From Acidobacteriota bacterium (GTDB taxonomy: Bacteria > Acidobacteriota > UBA890 > WLXD01), in assembly GCA_963666055.2 (NCBI GenBank), contig CAXWPH010000006.1:1-64000 (forward strand): DNA of 64,000 nt, in the 5' to 3' direction. The translations under genes were made by a program, and so were the position numbers. Shown here piece after piece: positions 29,878-40,913 of the stretch. The notes beneath the pieces were generated by a model, which saw only the letters and a list, made by a program, of their open reading frames with translations, had not been told where the DNA came from and did no database searches. The first letter of the stretch is position 1, and each line of letters starts with the position of its first letter.

Positions 29878-31056
29878 TCGCCCGGCGTGCGCCAGCACGA
29901 GCGGAAGTATGTCGATGGACCGCACTTGCCCAAGGCTGCCTTGCGCGCAGGCTCGCTCGCCGAACGTGCACTCGGTGCTGCGGGCACGACCACTGTGGAT
30001 CAGCAATGGCACTGGATGCCACGAATGCGATTGCATCCGCGCCGGCGTCGAGTGATCTCCGGTGACCATGACCACGTCGAAGGCCGAGCGCAGCCGCGCC
30101 AGCAACGCGTCGGCTTTTTCGATCTCCGCGACCTTGCCCTCGTAATCGCCGTCCTCTCCCCGGCTGTCGGGAGACTTGTAGTGCAGGAACACGAAGTCAC
30201 GATCGGCGATCGAGCTCACTGTGGCCGCCAGAGCATCGGGGGAATCGGGCGCCCGATGCACGCTCATGCCGGCAAGCCGGGCGACTCCCAGATACATCGG
30301 GTAACTCGCCACGGCAGCCGCCCGCAACCCGTAGAGATCGGCAAAGCTCGGTAGCGGTCGAAATCTGTCGAAGCCGCGCAGCAGCACCCCGTTGGCCACT
30401 TCCTGGTCGGCCAACGCACGGTGCGCAGCGGCGATGAAGCGGGCGGCCAGATCGGCGGTCGGCCCGGCGGCATCGGCCAAGGCGCGCGGCTCCAACGGGG
30501 GCACGCCCGTACGTTGTGGATCGGTGTCCGCGATGCGCCCGTCCAGATCATCGCCGCGCAGAATCACACAGGCGCGATACTGCTTCACATGCCGCACGCT
30601 GCACTCGATGCCCTCTCCTAGGTCGATGGCGTCGAGACGCTCGGCCAACGGCATGGCCAGGGCATCGTCGATGCGGCCAGCGCGACGATCCACCACGTTG
30701 CCGGCGCCATCGAGCGTGCAGAAGTTGATCCGCGCCGCGACATCGCCGGAACGCAGATCGAAATCTACGCCGAGCGCGGCCAGCACACCGCGGCCTACCT
30801 GGTTTTCGACCGGGTCGTATCCGAACAAGGCGATGTGCGCCGGGCCGCTGCCGGGGGTGACCCCCGGTAGCACGGGCACGGTGAGCCCACACTCGCCCCC
30901 CGATGCCAGCTCGTCGAGCATCGGAGTGTGCGCCTTCTCGAGCTCGGTGAGCCCGGTCTCCGGGTCGGGTAAGCCACCCAGGCCATCGAGCACCATGAAG
31001 AGGATGCGTTGGTCCGAGGGCGTGGCGAGCGAGCGATAGAAGGCCAGGCGGTCCAT
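29857..31056 (-). CDS. apgM: Cofactor-independent phosphoglycerate mutase, archaeal type
   Basis: LDGLGG, TPGSGPAHIALFGYDP, DRRAGRI, TGDHSTP, HSWHPVP. Confidence 0.92.
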   Translation of the reverse strand: MDRLAFYRSLATPSDQRILFMVLDGLGGLPDPETGLTELEKAHTPMLDELASGGECGLTVPVLPGVTPGSGPAHIALFGYDPVENQVGRGVLAALGVDFDLRSGDVAARINFCTLDGAGNVVDRRAGRIDDALAMPLAERLDAIDLGEGIECSVRHVKQYRACVILRGDDLDGRIADTDPQRTGVPPLEPRALADAAGPTADLAARFIAAAHRALADQEVANGVLLRGFDRFRPLPSFADLYGLRAAAVASYPMYLGVARLAGMSVHRAPDSPDALAATVSSIADRDFVFLHYKSPDSRGEDGDYEGKVAEIEKADALLARLRSAFDVVMVTGDHSTPARMQSHSWHPVPLLIHSGRARSTECTFGERACAQGSLGQVRSIDILPLVLAHAGRLRKFGA

Positions 31057-31094
31057 GAACGAAGGCGGCGAGCCGCGGCTCTCGGGTCGCTGGA

Positions 31095-31835
31095 CTACGA
31101 GAACGGTGCGGTCGGAACGGGAACCCGGCGAGCATACCATCGGGGGGCGAAGCGCAAGTACAGTATGGTCAGCAGGATTCCGGCGCCGGCGCCGAGCGTG
31201 CCGCGCAACGTGCCGCTGATCTTCGAGCGACCTTTGCGAACCCGGTAGCGCACCGCAACCTCACAGACTCGGAGCCGGTGCTGAAGCGCTTTCACCTGCA
31301 TCTCGGCGTTCCAACCATACGCCGGGTCGCGCATTTGTAGTTGCTGCAGCGCCTCCCAGCGGATCGCCCGAAACGGCCCCATGTCCTCGTACTTGTGGCC
31401 GAACAATAGTCGAATCAGCGTCGTCGACAGACCATTCCCCCAGCGCACGTGTGGGCCCAGCGCGCCGGGCTCAGCCAGACGCACGCGGCTTCCACATACG
31501 AGGTCAGCCTCGCCAGCCAGTATGGGCCGCAACAAGGCGTCGAGATCTTGCGGATAATCGCTGTGGTCGGCATCCAGAATCACGGCGATGTCCGGAGGGT
31601 CGGCGGCCAGATGGCGTAGACCTGCCTGGCACGCGATGCCGTAGCCAGGCCGCTCCTCGAGCACGACCTCGGCGCCGAGCCGGCGCGCCACTTCGCCGGT
31701 ACCGTCGACGCTGCCGTTGTCGACGACCACGACGTGCCTCGAGTGCTCTGACGGAATCGCGGCAAGTACATGGGGCAGCGCCTGAGCCTCGTCGCGGGCC
31801 GGCATGACGATCGCAATGGAAGGGCTCCTGCTCAT
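31095..31835 (-). CDS. Family 2 glycosyltransferase
   Basis: MPARDEA, VVDNGSVD, LDADHSD, DMGPFRAI. Confidence 0.92.
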   Translation of the reverse strand: MSRSPSIAIVMPARDEAQALPHVLAAIPSEHSRHVVVVDNGSVDGTGEVARRLGAEVVLEERPGYGIACQAGLRHLAADPPDIAVILDADHSDYPQDLDALLRPILAGEADLVCGSRVRLAEPGALGPHVRWGNGLSTTLIRLLFGHKYEDMGPFRAIRWEALQQLQMRDPAYGWNAEMQVKALQHRLRVCEVAVRYRVRKGRSKISGTLRGTLGAGAGILLTILYLRFAPRWYARRVPVPTAPFS

Positions 31836-31978
31836 GCACAGCAGTCTAGCGTGGCCGTGGTAATCTGCGGCCCGCATCGGGGCGCCCGGCAGTTCGCCGC
31901 ACCGCGCCCAATTTCCTCCAAGCCGCCGCGCCGGCAACGTCTGGCCGCGCCGTTACACAAGCGACAAGCGCTTTCCAA

Positions 31979-32788
31979 ATGCTCTTCGCCGCCGTCTCGG
32001 TGATGCTCGTCTATACCGCGGTGGGTATGGTGATCGCCGCCCTGGTCGCGAGACCGCCGACGGGCCCAGGATTCTGGCGCTTGACGATTCTGCTCGTCCT
32101 TACGGGTTTCGGGCTCGGCATGGGATTGCGGCTGAGCAGCTTGAGCGCAGCGCTCCCCCACCCCGGCCGCGAGTCGCTGCTGGCGCTGGGCATCGCGTCG
32201 GCGATGCTGATCTGGTTTGGCGCACGCAAGTCGGTCACCGCAGACAAGCGCCACGGCTGGCTGCTCGGCCTCGCTACGATCGCGGCGGTTGCTTCGATCG
32301 CGCTGGATCCAGCGATTCGACCAGCAACCGGCGCGGGCACCTTCGAGTCTGTCGTCTATGTAGCGGGTCTGGTCAGCATCGCCATCGTGCTGGGGTCGGT
32401 GCTGCTGGCGATGATCCTGGCCCACTGGTACCTCATCGAGCCGCGCATGCCGATCGCGCCGCTCAACCGCGTGTTGGGGATGTTTCTCGCCACCGAGGGC
32501 GTCAAGCTGATCCTGTTATTCGCCGTGGTGGCGATCCATCTGCCGGGTTGGACCAACACCGGCGGCGGGCTGCTGCGAGCCTTCGTGGTAGGGGACGCTC
32601 TCTTCGTGGCCGTACGCGCCACACTCGGCGTGCTGGCGCCCATCGTGTTGGGGTGGATGACCTGGAAGACCGTCCAGATTCGCTCCATCCAGTCGGCGAC
32701 GGGCATCCTGTATGCTGCGATCGTGTTCGTGCTGTTCGGTGAGGTGATCTCGCTTTTTCTCTCGCTCTCGACGGGACATCCGTACTGA
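31979..32788 (+). CDS. Polytopic membrane protein
   Basis: About 8 hydrophobic segments; LAHWYL and QSATGILY motifs. Confidence 0.75.
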   Translation: MLFAAVSVMLVYTAVGMVIAALVARPPTGPGFWRLTILLVLTGFGLGMGLRLSSLSAALPHPGRESLLALGIASAMLIWFGARKSVTADKRHGWLLGLATIAAVASIALDPAIRPATGAGTFESVVYVAGLVSIAIVLGSVLLAMILAHWYLIEPRMPIAPLNRVLGMFLATEGVKLILLFAVVAIHLPGWTNTGGGLLRAFVVGDALFVAVRATLGVLAPIVLGWMTWKTVQIRSIQSATGILYAAIVFVLFGEVISLFLSLSTGHPY

Positions 32789-33264
32789 TGGGCCACTCGC
32801 TTGAATGGCGCTGCCCTGAGTGTCAGCGCCCCGACCAACAGGATCTCGACGGCGAGCGCCGCCTGGCGTGCTCGAGTTGCGGCCACACGATGGCGTATGT
32901 CGAGGGCACGCTGGACGACTCCGGCGTCGTCGTCGACCCCGCCGTCGCTTGCATCGCTTGCGGTTATGACCGGCTCTTCGCGCAAAAGGACTTCAACCGC
33001 AAGATCGGATTGCTGTTGGTGGTGATTGGCGCGGTGCTGTCTCCCTGGACCTACGGCTTGAGCCTGGTCGTGTTCATGGGGCTCGACTATGGCCTGTACC
33101 AGTTCGTACCGGAGATCACTGTTTGCTACGGATGCGGGGCGATTCACCGCGGATTCGAACACAACCCGCTGCACCGCGCCCACGATCCGCTGCTGGCGGA
33201 TCGATACCGTCGTGAGGCACCCATCAACGCTCTCACCGAGGAGGCCCAGCAGAGCGACACCTAA
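32788..33264 (+). CDS. Zinc-ribbon membrane protein
   Basis: Four CxxC pairs and two TM helices; TGATG coupling. Confidence 0.75.
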   Translation: MGHSLEWRCPECQRPDQQDLDGERRLACSSCGHTMAYVEGTLDDSGVVVDPAVACIACGYDRLFAQKDFNRKIGLLLVVIGAVLSPWTYGLSLVVFMGLDYGLYQFVPEITVCYGCGAIHRGFEHNPLHRAHDPLLADRYRREAPINALTEEAQQSDT

Positions 33265-33313
33265 TCGCTCCGGAAGCCCTAATTAGCAGTCTCTCCGCGT
33301 CGATAACGATGAT

Positions 33314-33342
33314 TTGACAGCCCTCGGCATCGAGGGTAGGTT
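33314..33342 (+). promoter_or_regulatory. Sigma70 promoter of the respiratory cluster with a palindromic spacer
   Basis: TTGACA-N17-TAGGTT; spacer holds CCCTCG-GCAT-CGAGGG. Confidence 0.7.
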
Positions 33343-33411
33343 GTACCCGCTCCGCGGCCCGGTGGGGGCTGTGCGGCCGCACGATCTGGCAAGGTCTCGA
33401 TACGCGAACCC

Positions 33412-34335
33412 ATGACCGACCCTAACGTTCCGGAGTCTCCCGAGGCCTCTGACGGCGTGGACGAGCCGAGTCCGTTCCGAGTCGCCATCGGGTTCTTCAT
33501 CCTGCCGCTGCTGCTGGTAATGACGGGGATCGCCCTGTTCTTGATGTTCGGCGTCCTGGCCCACGACGGCGCCGACCCGGCGGACTACTTGCCGGCACTC
33601 AGCGGCAACGGCATCAACGAACCCTGGCAGGCGGCCTTCCATCTGTCGCAGCAGCTGCAGTACAACGAGCAGCTCAAAGACGACGTCCAGTTCACCGCAC
33701 AGGTCATCAACGCGCTGCAGCGCGCCGAGGCTGGCGACCCGCGTGTGCGTAGGTTCCTCAGCATCGCTCTCGGGCGACTGGAGCATCCGTCGGCCGTACC
33801 CGTACTCGTGGCGACGACCCGCGACTCGGACTCCGAGGCGCGCGTCAACGCCGCTTGGGCCCTGGGCGTGATCGGCGATCCGAGCGCCGCCACCGCTATC
33901 GCCGAACAGCTGCACGACAGCGTCCCCGCGGTGCGGACAATGGCTGCTTACGTGCTCGGAGTTCTGGGAAACCCCGGCGTCGAGCGCTCGCTACGTGTCG
34001 CGTTGAACGATACTGTGCCAGCGGTACGCTGGAACGCTGCGGTTGCGCTCGCCATGTTGGGGCACGACGGGGGCAAGGAAATGCTTCGACGCATGATCGA
34101 CCGCGAGCACCTCTCCTCGGTACCCGGCATCGACCCACAGGATCACAGCCCCACCATGCTGGCGGCGCTCCGGGCGCTGGAACACCTGGGCGCTGGCGGC
34201 TTGCAAGACGAATTGAAGGATCTACGCGACACCGACCCCGATCTTCACGTACGCGAGGCGGCTCGCCGGGTTCTCTCGGCGCCGCAGGGGTCGGTCGGTC
34301 GCGATGCATCGACGCTCCTGGCTCAGGAGCAATAG
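33412..34335 (+). CDS. Membrane-anchored HEAT-repeat protein
   Basis: TM helix then repeats of VR..AA.ALG. Confidence 0.88.
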   Translation: MTDPNVPESPEASDGVDEPSPFRVAIGFFILPLLLVMTGIALFLMFGVLAHDGADPADYLPALSGNGINEPWQAAFHLSQQLQYNEQLKDDVQFTAQVINALQRAEAGDPRVRRFLSIALGRLEHPSAVPVLVATTRDSDSEARVNAAWALGVIGDPSAATAIAEQLHDSVPAVRTMAAYVLGVLGNPGVERSLRVALNDTVPAVRWNAAVALAMLGHDGGKEMLRRMIDREHLSSVPGIDPQDHSPTMLAALRALEHLGAGGLQDELKDLRDTDPDLHVREAARRVLSAPQGSVGRDASTLLAQEQ

Positions 34336-34350
34336 GGGGGAGCCAGAGAG

Positions 34351-34902
34351 ATGGCAGAAACCGAGACACCAAGAGCCGCTGCAGGTGAGCAGGCAGAGGG
34401 CGGCAAGAGTCGCCGTGAGTTCCTCGAATCCTTGCCGTGGGTAACCATCGGCTGGGCGGCGTTCACCGGCGCTGTAGGCGCCATGCTGGCCGCCACGGTG
34501 AGGTTCATGTTTCCCAACGTGCTGTACGAGCCACCCCTGCAGTTCAAGATCGGGCTGCCGGTCGACTTCCAGGTCGGCGAGGTGTCGCTGGCCTTCAAAG
34601 ACCGCTACGGCGTTTGGGTGGTACGCAACGAGGAGGGTTTCTACGCGCTGATCTCGGTGTGCACCCACCTTGGCTGCACACCCAACTGGCTGGCCGCCGA
34701 GAACAAGTTCAAATGCCCGTGCCACGGCAGTGGCTTCTACAGCAGCGGCATGAACTTCGAGGGGCCCGCACCACGTCCGCTGGAACGAGCTGCCGTCTCG
34801 TTGGCCGACGACGGCCAGATCCTGGTCGACAAATCGCGCAAGTTCCTATTCGAGCAGGGCGGCTGGGACGATCCCGACTCTTTCCTCCGCTTTAACGCTT
34901 GA
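34351..34902 (+). CDS. Rieske iron-sulfur subunit of a bc-type complex
   Basis: Tat SRREFL, CTHLGC, CPCHGS, GPAPRPL. Confidence 0.96.
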   Translation: MAETETPRAAAGEQAEGGKSRREFLESLPWVTIGWAAFTGAVGAMLAATVRFMFPNVLYEPPLQFKIGLPVDFQVGEVSLAFKDRYGVWVVRNEEGFYALISVCTHLGCTPNWLAAENKFKCPCHGSGFYSSGMNFEGPAPRPLERAAVSLADDGQILVDKSRKFLFEQGGWDDPDSFLRFNA

Positions 34903-34936
34903 GATCGATGCTGAATCCGCCAGGAGCAAAGCTCGG

Positions 34937-35785
34937 ATGAGCAGTCTCGGAGAACGTCTGAAGGGTCTCAAGGAGAAGATCGGCTCACCCAAGGAGTGGT
35001 TCAGCGACTTCACCCGTACCCCGGTGTGGAAGTCGCTCTTCCGCCACAAGCTGCCGCAGGATCCGAAGAACCGGGCGCTGGTGGTGCTGACCAACGTGTT
35101 CCTGCACCTGCATCCGGTGCGCATGCGCAAGCAGGGGCTACGGGTGTCGTACACCTGGTGCATGGGCGGGATCTCGTTCTTTCTCTTCCTCTCGCTGACC
35201 GTCACCGGCATTCTGCTGATGTTCTACTACCGTCCGACCGCGCAGCACGCCTATCCGGACATGCTCGACTTGATGGAGTCGGTGTCGCTCGGCCTGATGC
35301 GTGAGATGCACCGTTGGGGGGCGCACTTGATGGTCATCACGGTGTGGCTCCATATGCTGCGTGTTTTCCTCACCGGCTCGTACAAGCCACCGCGCGAGTT
35401 CAACTGGGTTATCGGCGTCACGCTACTGGTGCTGACCTTGCTGTTTTCGTTCACCGGCTATCTGCTGCCCTGGGACCAGCTGGCCATGTGGGCGGTGACG
35501 GTAGGCAGCAACATGGCGAGGGCGACACCGATCATGGGGGCCGAGGGGCCGGGTCAGCAGTTGATGCAGATCGGCGACGTGCCGCTGATTACCGCCGGCT
35601 CTGACATGCGCTTCGTGCTGCTGGCGGGCAGATTCGTAGGTGAGGCTGCCCTGCTGCGGTTCTACGTGCTGCACTGTCTCGGAATCCCGTTCATCTTCGT
35701 GATCTTGCTCGCGGTGCACTTCTGGCGTGTACGCCGCGACGGCGGGATCTCCGGCCCTGGCAAGGGCGGGAAGCTAGCGCTGTGA
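34937..35785 (+). CDS. Cytochrome b6-like N-terminal subunit
   Basis: [34 protein letters not shown]...HF. Confidence 0.95.
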   Translation: MSSLGERLKGLKEKIGSPKEWFSDFTRTPVWKSLFRHKLPQDPKNRALVVLTNVFLHLHPVRMRKQGLRVSYTWCMGGISFFLFLSLTVTGILLMFYYRPTAQHAYPDMLDLMESVSLGLMREMHRWGAHLMVITVWLHMLRVFLTGSYKPPREFNWVIGVTLLVLTLLFSFTGYLLPWDQLAMWAVTVGSNMARATPIMGAEGPGQQLMQIGDVPLITAGSDMRFVLLAGRFVGEAALLRFYVLHCLGIPFIFVILLAVHFWRVRRDGGISGPGKGGKLAL

Positions 35786-35801
35786 GCCCGGGGGGACGGC
35801 A

Positions 35802-36890
35802 ATGATGGAGGCGCTCAAGAACTTCATCAACATGCTCTTCCAGCCGTACTTCGCGGTCACGTTGGTTGCCGCGGGCGTGTTGCTGCTGTACCGCTTTCGG
35901 TACCAGGCGACAAAAAACAAGTGGATCGCCGGCAGCATCCTCGCCTCACCGTTGGTGTTCTTCGGGCTCTCGGCGCTGGATGAGAACTTCTGGATCCAGT
36001 TCAAGCGTCCCGACAACCTGCCAATCTCGGGGATGGTGTTCCTGGTCCTCTTCTTCACGTGGTTCGCACTGAAGAAGGCAGTAGCCAACGACGAGCGCAT
36101 CAAGGACGGTCGGCCACCGTATGAGGGCGAGGAGGAGGAAGAGGAGAAGGTCTTCGTGTGGCCGGACCTGGTCTACGCGGAGTTCATGTGCGTGCTGCTG
36201 GTGAGCATTCTGCTGGTGGTATGGTCGATCCTGGTGCCGGCGCCCCTCGAGGAACCCGCCAACCCGCAGCTGACGCCGAATCCCTCCAAGGCGCCGTGGT
36301 ACTTCCTCGGGCTACAGGAGATGCTCGTCTACTTCGATCCGTGGCTGGCGGGGGTGGTCATCCCGACGTTCATCCTCATCGGGCTGATGGCGATCCCGTA
36401 CATGGATCCGAATCCCAAGGGCAACGGCTATTACACCTTCGAGGAGCGCCGCTCCGAAATCGTGTTGTTCCAGCTTGGCTTCATCGTTCTGTGGGTGTTC
36501 CTGATCTTCCAGGGTACGTTCCTGCGCGGACCCAACTGGAACTTCTATGGCCCCTACGAGGTCTGGGACGCGCACAAGCTCGTTCCGCTGGCCAATATCC
36601 AGCTATCCGAGTTCGTCTGGGCACGCGGGTTGGGAATCGGGCTCCCCAGCTTCTGGCTGGTGCGCGAGTCCGTCGGCATCATTCTGCTGCTGCTGTACTT
36701 CATCGCGCTGCCGGCCTGGGCCGCCAGCAGATGGATGCGGAAGTATTTTGACCAGATGGGGATGATGCGGTACGTGATCTTCACCCAGCTGCTCCTGTGG
36801 ATGTTCCTGATCCCGATCAAGATGTATCTGCGCTGGACCGTGAACTTGAAGTACTTCGTCGCGATTCCGGAGTTTTTCTTCAATATCTAG
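35802..36890 (+). CDS. Cytochrome b C-terminal (subunit IV-like) protein
   Basis: PLEEPANPQLTPNPSKAPWYFLGLQE. Confidence 0.9.
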   Translation: MMEALKNFINMLFQPYFAVTLVAAGVLLLYRFRYQATKNKWIAGSILASPLVFFGLSALDENFWIQFKRPDNLPISGMVFLVLFFTWFALKKAVANDERIKDGRPPYEGEEEEEEKVFVWPDLVYAEFMCVLLVSILLVVWSILVPAPLEEPANPQLTPNPSKAPWYFLGLQEMLVYFDPWLAGVVIPTFILIGLMAIPYMDPNPKGNGYYTFEERRSEIVLFQLGFIVLWVFLIFQGTFLRGPNWNFYGPYEVWDAHKLVPLANIQLSEFVWARGLGIGLPSFWLVRESVGIILLLLYFIALPAWAASRWMRKYFDQMGMMRYVIFTQLLLWMFLIPIKMYLRWTVNLKYFVAIPEFFFNI

Positions 36891-36955
36891 GTGCGGCGCT
36901 ACGCCGACAACCATTGTGCAACGAGTACGAGCGCTGACCGACCAAGGGGAAACGG

Positions 36956-39859
36956 ATGGCCAAGCCGAGGCGTAGGGGCGTATACGCGCGCGACGTCGAC
37001 CGCCTGAACTTGTGGTTCGCACTAATCGCTATCGCCAGCCTGCTCAGCGTCCTGTGGATGGTCTGGGACGACTACGCCCGGCCGTGGAAGTCGTATCAGC
37101 GGCAGTTCCGCGTCATCGAGGCCGAGGTCACGCGGCAGCAGCTCGCCGATGAGCAAGCCGGTGTCGACCAGCTGCCGCTAGCCGAGCTGCGGCAGCAGCG
37201 CGACGCGGCGGAGGAGACGCTCTCCGGCCAGCAGGCGCAGTTGCGCGAGTTGGAGAGCGAGCTGGCGCGCGTGAGCACTCGGCTGGAGCTCACCGATCAG
37301 AACCTGCGGTTCGCGCGCTCCACCTACGACGCGCGACGTTGGGAGTTCGAGGAAGCGCGCAAGCACGAGGGCGAGGAAGGCGCCGCGAGCGAGCGAGCCA
37401 CGTTGGATGCCTCCTTCGCGGAAGTACAGGGGTACGCCGCGGCGCTCGAGGAGCTGACCCCCGAGAGAGATGCGCTGCAGGCTGAGCTTGTCGGCCTCAC
37501 TGGCACCCGCGATGAGGCGCGGAGCGCGATCACGGCGATGACGCGCGAGATCGAGCGCCTGCAGACGCGAGTGAACGACCTGCGCTTCAACTGGGTCTAC
37601 TACTTGCGCAACGCTCCCTTCATGGACAGCTTCAATCCCTCGGTACGTATCAACCAAGTGGTGCTCAACAACATCCGCTTCGATCTCAACTTCACCGATG
37701 CGCCGCGCGTCGACCGCTGCCAGTCATGCCACTTGGGAGCCGCCTCGACCGATTACGCCACCAGCGAGCAGCCCTTCACCGCCCACCCGCGCCTGGATCT
37801 GTTCGTCGCCGACAACTCGGTGCACCCGGCGGCCCAGTTCGGCTGTAGCTCGTGCCACGGCGGTAAGGGCCACGCCACCAGTTTTCTCAACGCCGTCCAC
37901 ACACCGGACAACGAAAGCGAACGCGAGCGCTGGGAACACGACTACGGCTGGGAGCCCACCCACCTGTGGGAGTGGCCGATGCGGCCCTCGGGCGAAACCC
38001 AGGCCGGCTGCCTGAGCTGCCACGGCAGCGACAACTGGCTACCGGACGCCCCCAAGGTCGAGTACGGGCTCGAGTTGGTCGAGAAATTAGGGTGCTACGG
38101 CTGTCATCAGATCGACCGTTTCGACGACCGCCGCAAGCCGGCACCCAATCTGTCGTACCTGCGATCGAAGACCGATATCGAGTGGGCCTACAACTGGGTA
38201 ATGGAACCCAAGAGCTACCGACCCGACACTCGGATGCCGCGGTTCTTCAACCTCTCGAACACCTCCGATAGCTACTGGACCGAGCGCAACAAGGTAGAGG
38301 CCGAGAGCATCGTCACCTATCTGTTCGACAACTCCGTCGAGATCGAGTTGGAGAACGCACCGAACGGCAACGCCGGGCGCGGCGAGGCGCTGGTCGAGTC
38401 GCTCGGCTGCCTCGGCTGCCACATGATCGGCGAGGACAGCGCCCAGGAGGACACGGAGAGTGAGCGACCTGGTGAAGCAGCGCGCTTCAGCGGCTATCGC
38501 CACCACGGTCCGAACCTCAGCGGGCTGGGCAGCAAGGTGAGCGCCGACTGGCTCTACACCTGGGTGCGTGACCCGACGCACTATTGGGACGAGACGGTGA
38601 TGCCCGACCTGCGGCTGACACCGCAGGAGGCGGGCGACATCACCGCCTATCTGGTCGGCATCGAGCGGCCGGGCTGGGAGGATCCGCAGATTCCCCCCGT
38701 CGACCCGGCACTACGCGACGCGGTGGCGCTCGAGTACTTGCGGACGCAGCTGCCGAGCGAGGAGGCTGCCGCCCGCATCGCGTCGATGGACGAAAACGAG
38801 ACGCGCAACTACCTGGGCGAGCGGCTCATCAATCGCTACGGCTGTTCGGGCTGCCACTTGATCCCCGGCTTCGAGGACGCCGGCCGCGTCGGCACGAGCC
38901 TTTCCGATTGGGGCAGTAAGCCGGTGACCCGCCTCGATTTCGGCCTGCTCGATATGGAGCACGAGCGCGGGGTGTTCCTGGAGCAGAAGCTGCGCGCACC
39001 GCGCAGCTACGACGACGGCCGCGAGCGGTCGGCCGAGGAAATGCTCCGCATGCCGAGCTTCGACCTCACCGAAGAGGAGATCGAAGCGCTCGCCACCGCA
39101 ATCCTCGGGCTCACCAGCGAGGAGACCCCGGCCGAGAGTCTGCCGGCACCGACACCGCGGCGCCTGGCGATTGAAAAGGGCCGCCATATCGCCGACATCT
39201 ACAACTGCCGCGGCTGCCACATCCTGGAAGACCGCGGTGGCGCCATCCGCGATGTGATCGCCGAGGCCAAGCTCGCCTCCGGCGAGGTAGCCAGTCTTGC
39301 TGCCGGGCTGGTGTTCGGACCTCCGAACCTGCGCTCCGAGGGGGCCCGTGTGCAACCTACGTGGCTGTACCGCTTCTTCGACGAGCCCAGCATCGTCCGT
39401 CCGTGGCTGCAAGTACGGATGCCGACATTCCAGTTCGACGATGAGGATCTCAACGCCCTGACCGCCTATTTCGCGGCGCTCGATGAGGCCCCCTACCCGT
39501 TCGAGGAAACGTTCACCACGGCGCACGAGTATCCGGCGAGCTTGGTGCGCGAGGGCGCTGTGCTGGCCGCGGATCAGCGTGGCTCGTTGCAGTGTTTCTC
39601 GTGCCATTTCCAGGGCGACCAGGAGCCGCGCGTGCCACCGACGCAGTGGGCGCCTGACCTCGCCTTGGCGGCCGCCCGCTTACGACCGCAGTGGCTTGAC
39701 GGCTGGATCAAGGATCCACAGAGCCTGCAGCCCGGCACCAACATGCCGCAGTTCTATGCCAGCCTCGACCCGGGCGATGGCTACTGGGCTCCACTGGGCA
39801 ACGATCCGCAGGTCGAGATCGACGCCCTGGTTGCCTACATCATGAGCATCGGCAACTAG
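36956..39859 (+). CDS. Membrane-anchored octaheme cytochrome c
   Basis: TM helix, coiled coil and 8 CxxCH motifs (CQSCH, CSSCH, CLSCH, CYGCH, CLGCH, CSGCH, CRGCH, CFSCH). Confidence 0.93.
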   Translation: MAKPRRRGVYARDVDRLNLWFALIAIASLLSVLWMVWDDYARPWKSYQRQFRVIEAEVTRQQLADEQAGVDQLPLAELRQQRDAAEETLSGQQAQLRELESELARVSTRLELTDQNLRFARSTYDARRWEFEEARKHEGEEGAASERATLDASFAEVQGYAAALEELTPERDALQAELVGLTGTRDEARSAITAMTREIERLQTRVNDLRFNWVYYLRNAPFMDSFNPSVRINQVVLNNIRFDLNFTDAPRVDRCQSCHLGAASTDYATSEQPFTAHPRLDLFVADNSVHPAAQFGCSSCHGGKGHATSFLNAVHTPDNESERERWEHDYGWEPTHLWEWPMRPSGETQAGCLSCHGSDNWLPDAPKVEYGLELVEKLGCYGCHQIDRFDDRRKPAPNLSYLRSKTDIEWAYNWVMEPKSYRPDTRMPRFFNLSNTSDSYWTERNKVEAESIVTYLFDNSVEIELENAPNGNAGRGEALVESLGCLGCHMIGEDSAQEDTESERPGEAARFSGYRHHGPNLSGLGSKVSADWLYTWVRDPTHYWDETVMPDLRLTPQEAGDITAYLVGIERPGWEDPQIPPVDPALRDAVALEYLRTQLPSEEAAARIASMDENETRNYLGERLINRYGCSGCHLIPGFEDAGRVGTSLSDWGSKPVTRLDFGLLDMEHERGVFLEQKLRAPRSYDDGRERSAEEMLRMPSFDLTEEEIEALATAILGLTSEETPAESLPAPTPRRLAIEKGRHIADIYNCRGCHILEDRGGAIRDVIAEAKLASGEVASLAAGLVFGPPNLRSEGARVQPTWLYRFFDEPSIVRPWLQVRMPTFQFDDEDLNALTAYFAALDEAPYPFEETFTTAHEYPASLVREGAVLAADQRGSLQCFSCHFQGDQEPRVPPTQWAPDLALAAARLRPQWLDGWIKDPQSLQPGTNMPQFYASLDPGDGYWAPLGNDPQVEIDALVAYIMSIGN

Positions 39860-40034
39860 TTCCCGTGAAGGAAAGCACCCCGCTTCCTGACGCAACGCAG
39901 CAGCAGCCCCTGCGCCCGCAGACAGGCGGGCGCGAAGCGCCCAACCAGGGCATAATCAACGCCGTTGTTCTGAACAGATTCCCGCGCTCCGCCCGATCCC
40001 GGCGCGGCGGTGGGAATCGCCCTAGGAGTTGACA

Positions 40035-40808
40035 ATGCAGCAGCGAAAGTTCGCAGCGGTCGTCGCGTTGATCGCGCTTGTCACCATAGCCGCCTGCAGC
40101 GGTGGCGACGATGCGGCCGCGCCGACCCCGGATGCCAGTGCCCCGGCAGCGACCGCCCCTGACCTGAGCGACGCCGGCGGCATCAGCGGCACGGTGATGT
40201 TCTCGGGCGATGCGCCCGCCGCCGACATCATTCAGATGGCCGCCGACCCGTTCTGTCAGCTCGCCCACAGCGACACAGTAACGACGTCGCCGGTGTTGGT
40301 CGACGACGCCGGCGGCCTGATGAACGTGGTCGTGCACGTCGCCAGCGGGCTCGAAGGCTACACCTTCCCGGCCGCCAGCGGCCCGGCAAGCATGGGCCAG
40401 AACGGGTGCATCTACGCACCGCACATCGTCACGCTGCGCGCCGGCCAGATGCTGACGATCCTAAACGACGACGACACGCTCCATAACGTCAACGTCCAGC
40501 CAAACGAAAACTCCGCGTTCAACCAGGCGCAGCCGCTCGCCGGAATGATCATCGAAAAGGTGTTCGACAACGCCGAGATCGGCATTCCCGCACGATGCGA
40601 TGTACACCCCTGGATGTCGGCGTTCATCAACGTGTTCGACCATCCGTACTTCGCCGTGTCGGGCACCGACGGCAGCTTCGCGATCGCCAACCTGCCGCCA
40701 GGCGATTACGTGATCGAGGCATGGCACGAGACGTTGGGCACGCAGACGCAGAGCATTACCGTGGCCCCGAACGAGACGGCCGCGGCGAGCATCAGCTTCG
40801 GAGGCTAA
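40035..40808 (+). CDS. Lipoprotein with cupredoxin-like and carboxypeptidase-regulatory-like domains
   Basis: Lipobox IAAC, QNGCIYAPH, LHNVN, CDVHPWM; AGGAG RBS. Confidence 0.82.
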   Translation: MQQRKFAAVVALIALVTIAACSGGDDAAAPTPDASAPAATAPDLSDAGGISGTVMFSGDAPAADIIQMAADPFCQLAHSDTVTTSPVLVDDAGGLMNVVVHVASGLEGYTFPAASGPASMGQNGCIYAPHIVTLRAGQMLTILNDDDTLHNVNVQPNENSAFNQAQPLAGMIIEKVFDNAEIGIPARCDVHPWMSAFINVFDHPYFAVSGTDGSFAIANLPPGDYVIEAWHETLGTQTQSITVAPNETAAASISFGG

Positions 40809-40913
40809 CCCCCACACGCCTGTCGCGCTGCGACCAGGCTCACAGCACGGCCTTCTTCGTCGGCGCCCCACCAGGAGGGGCGCCGACGTCGTTTGGGAAC
40901 AATCGAGACCACG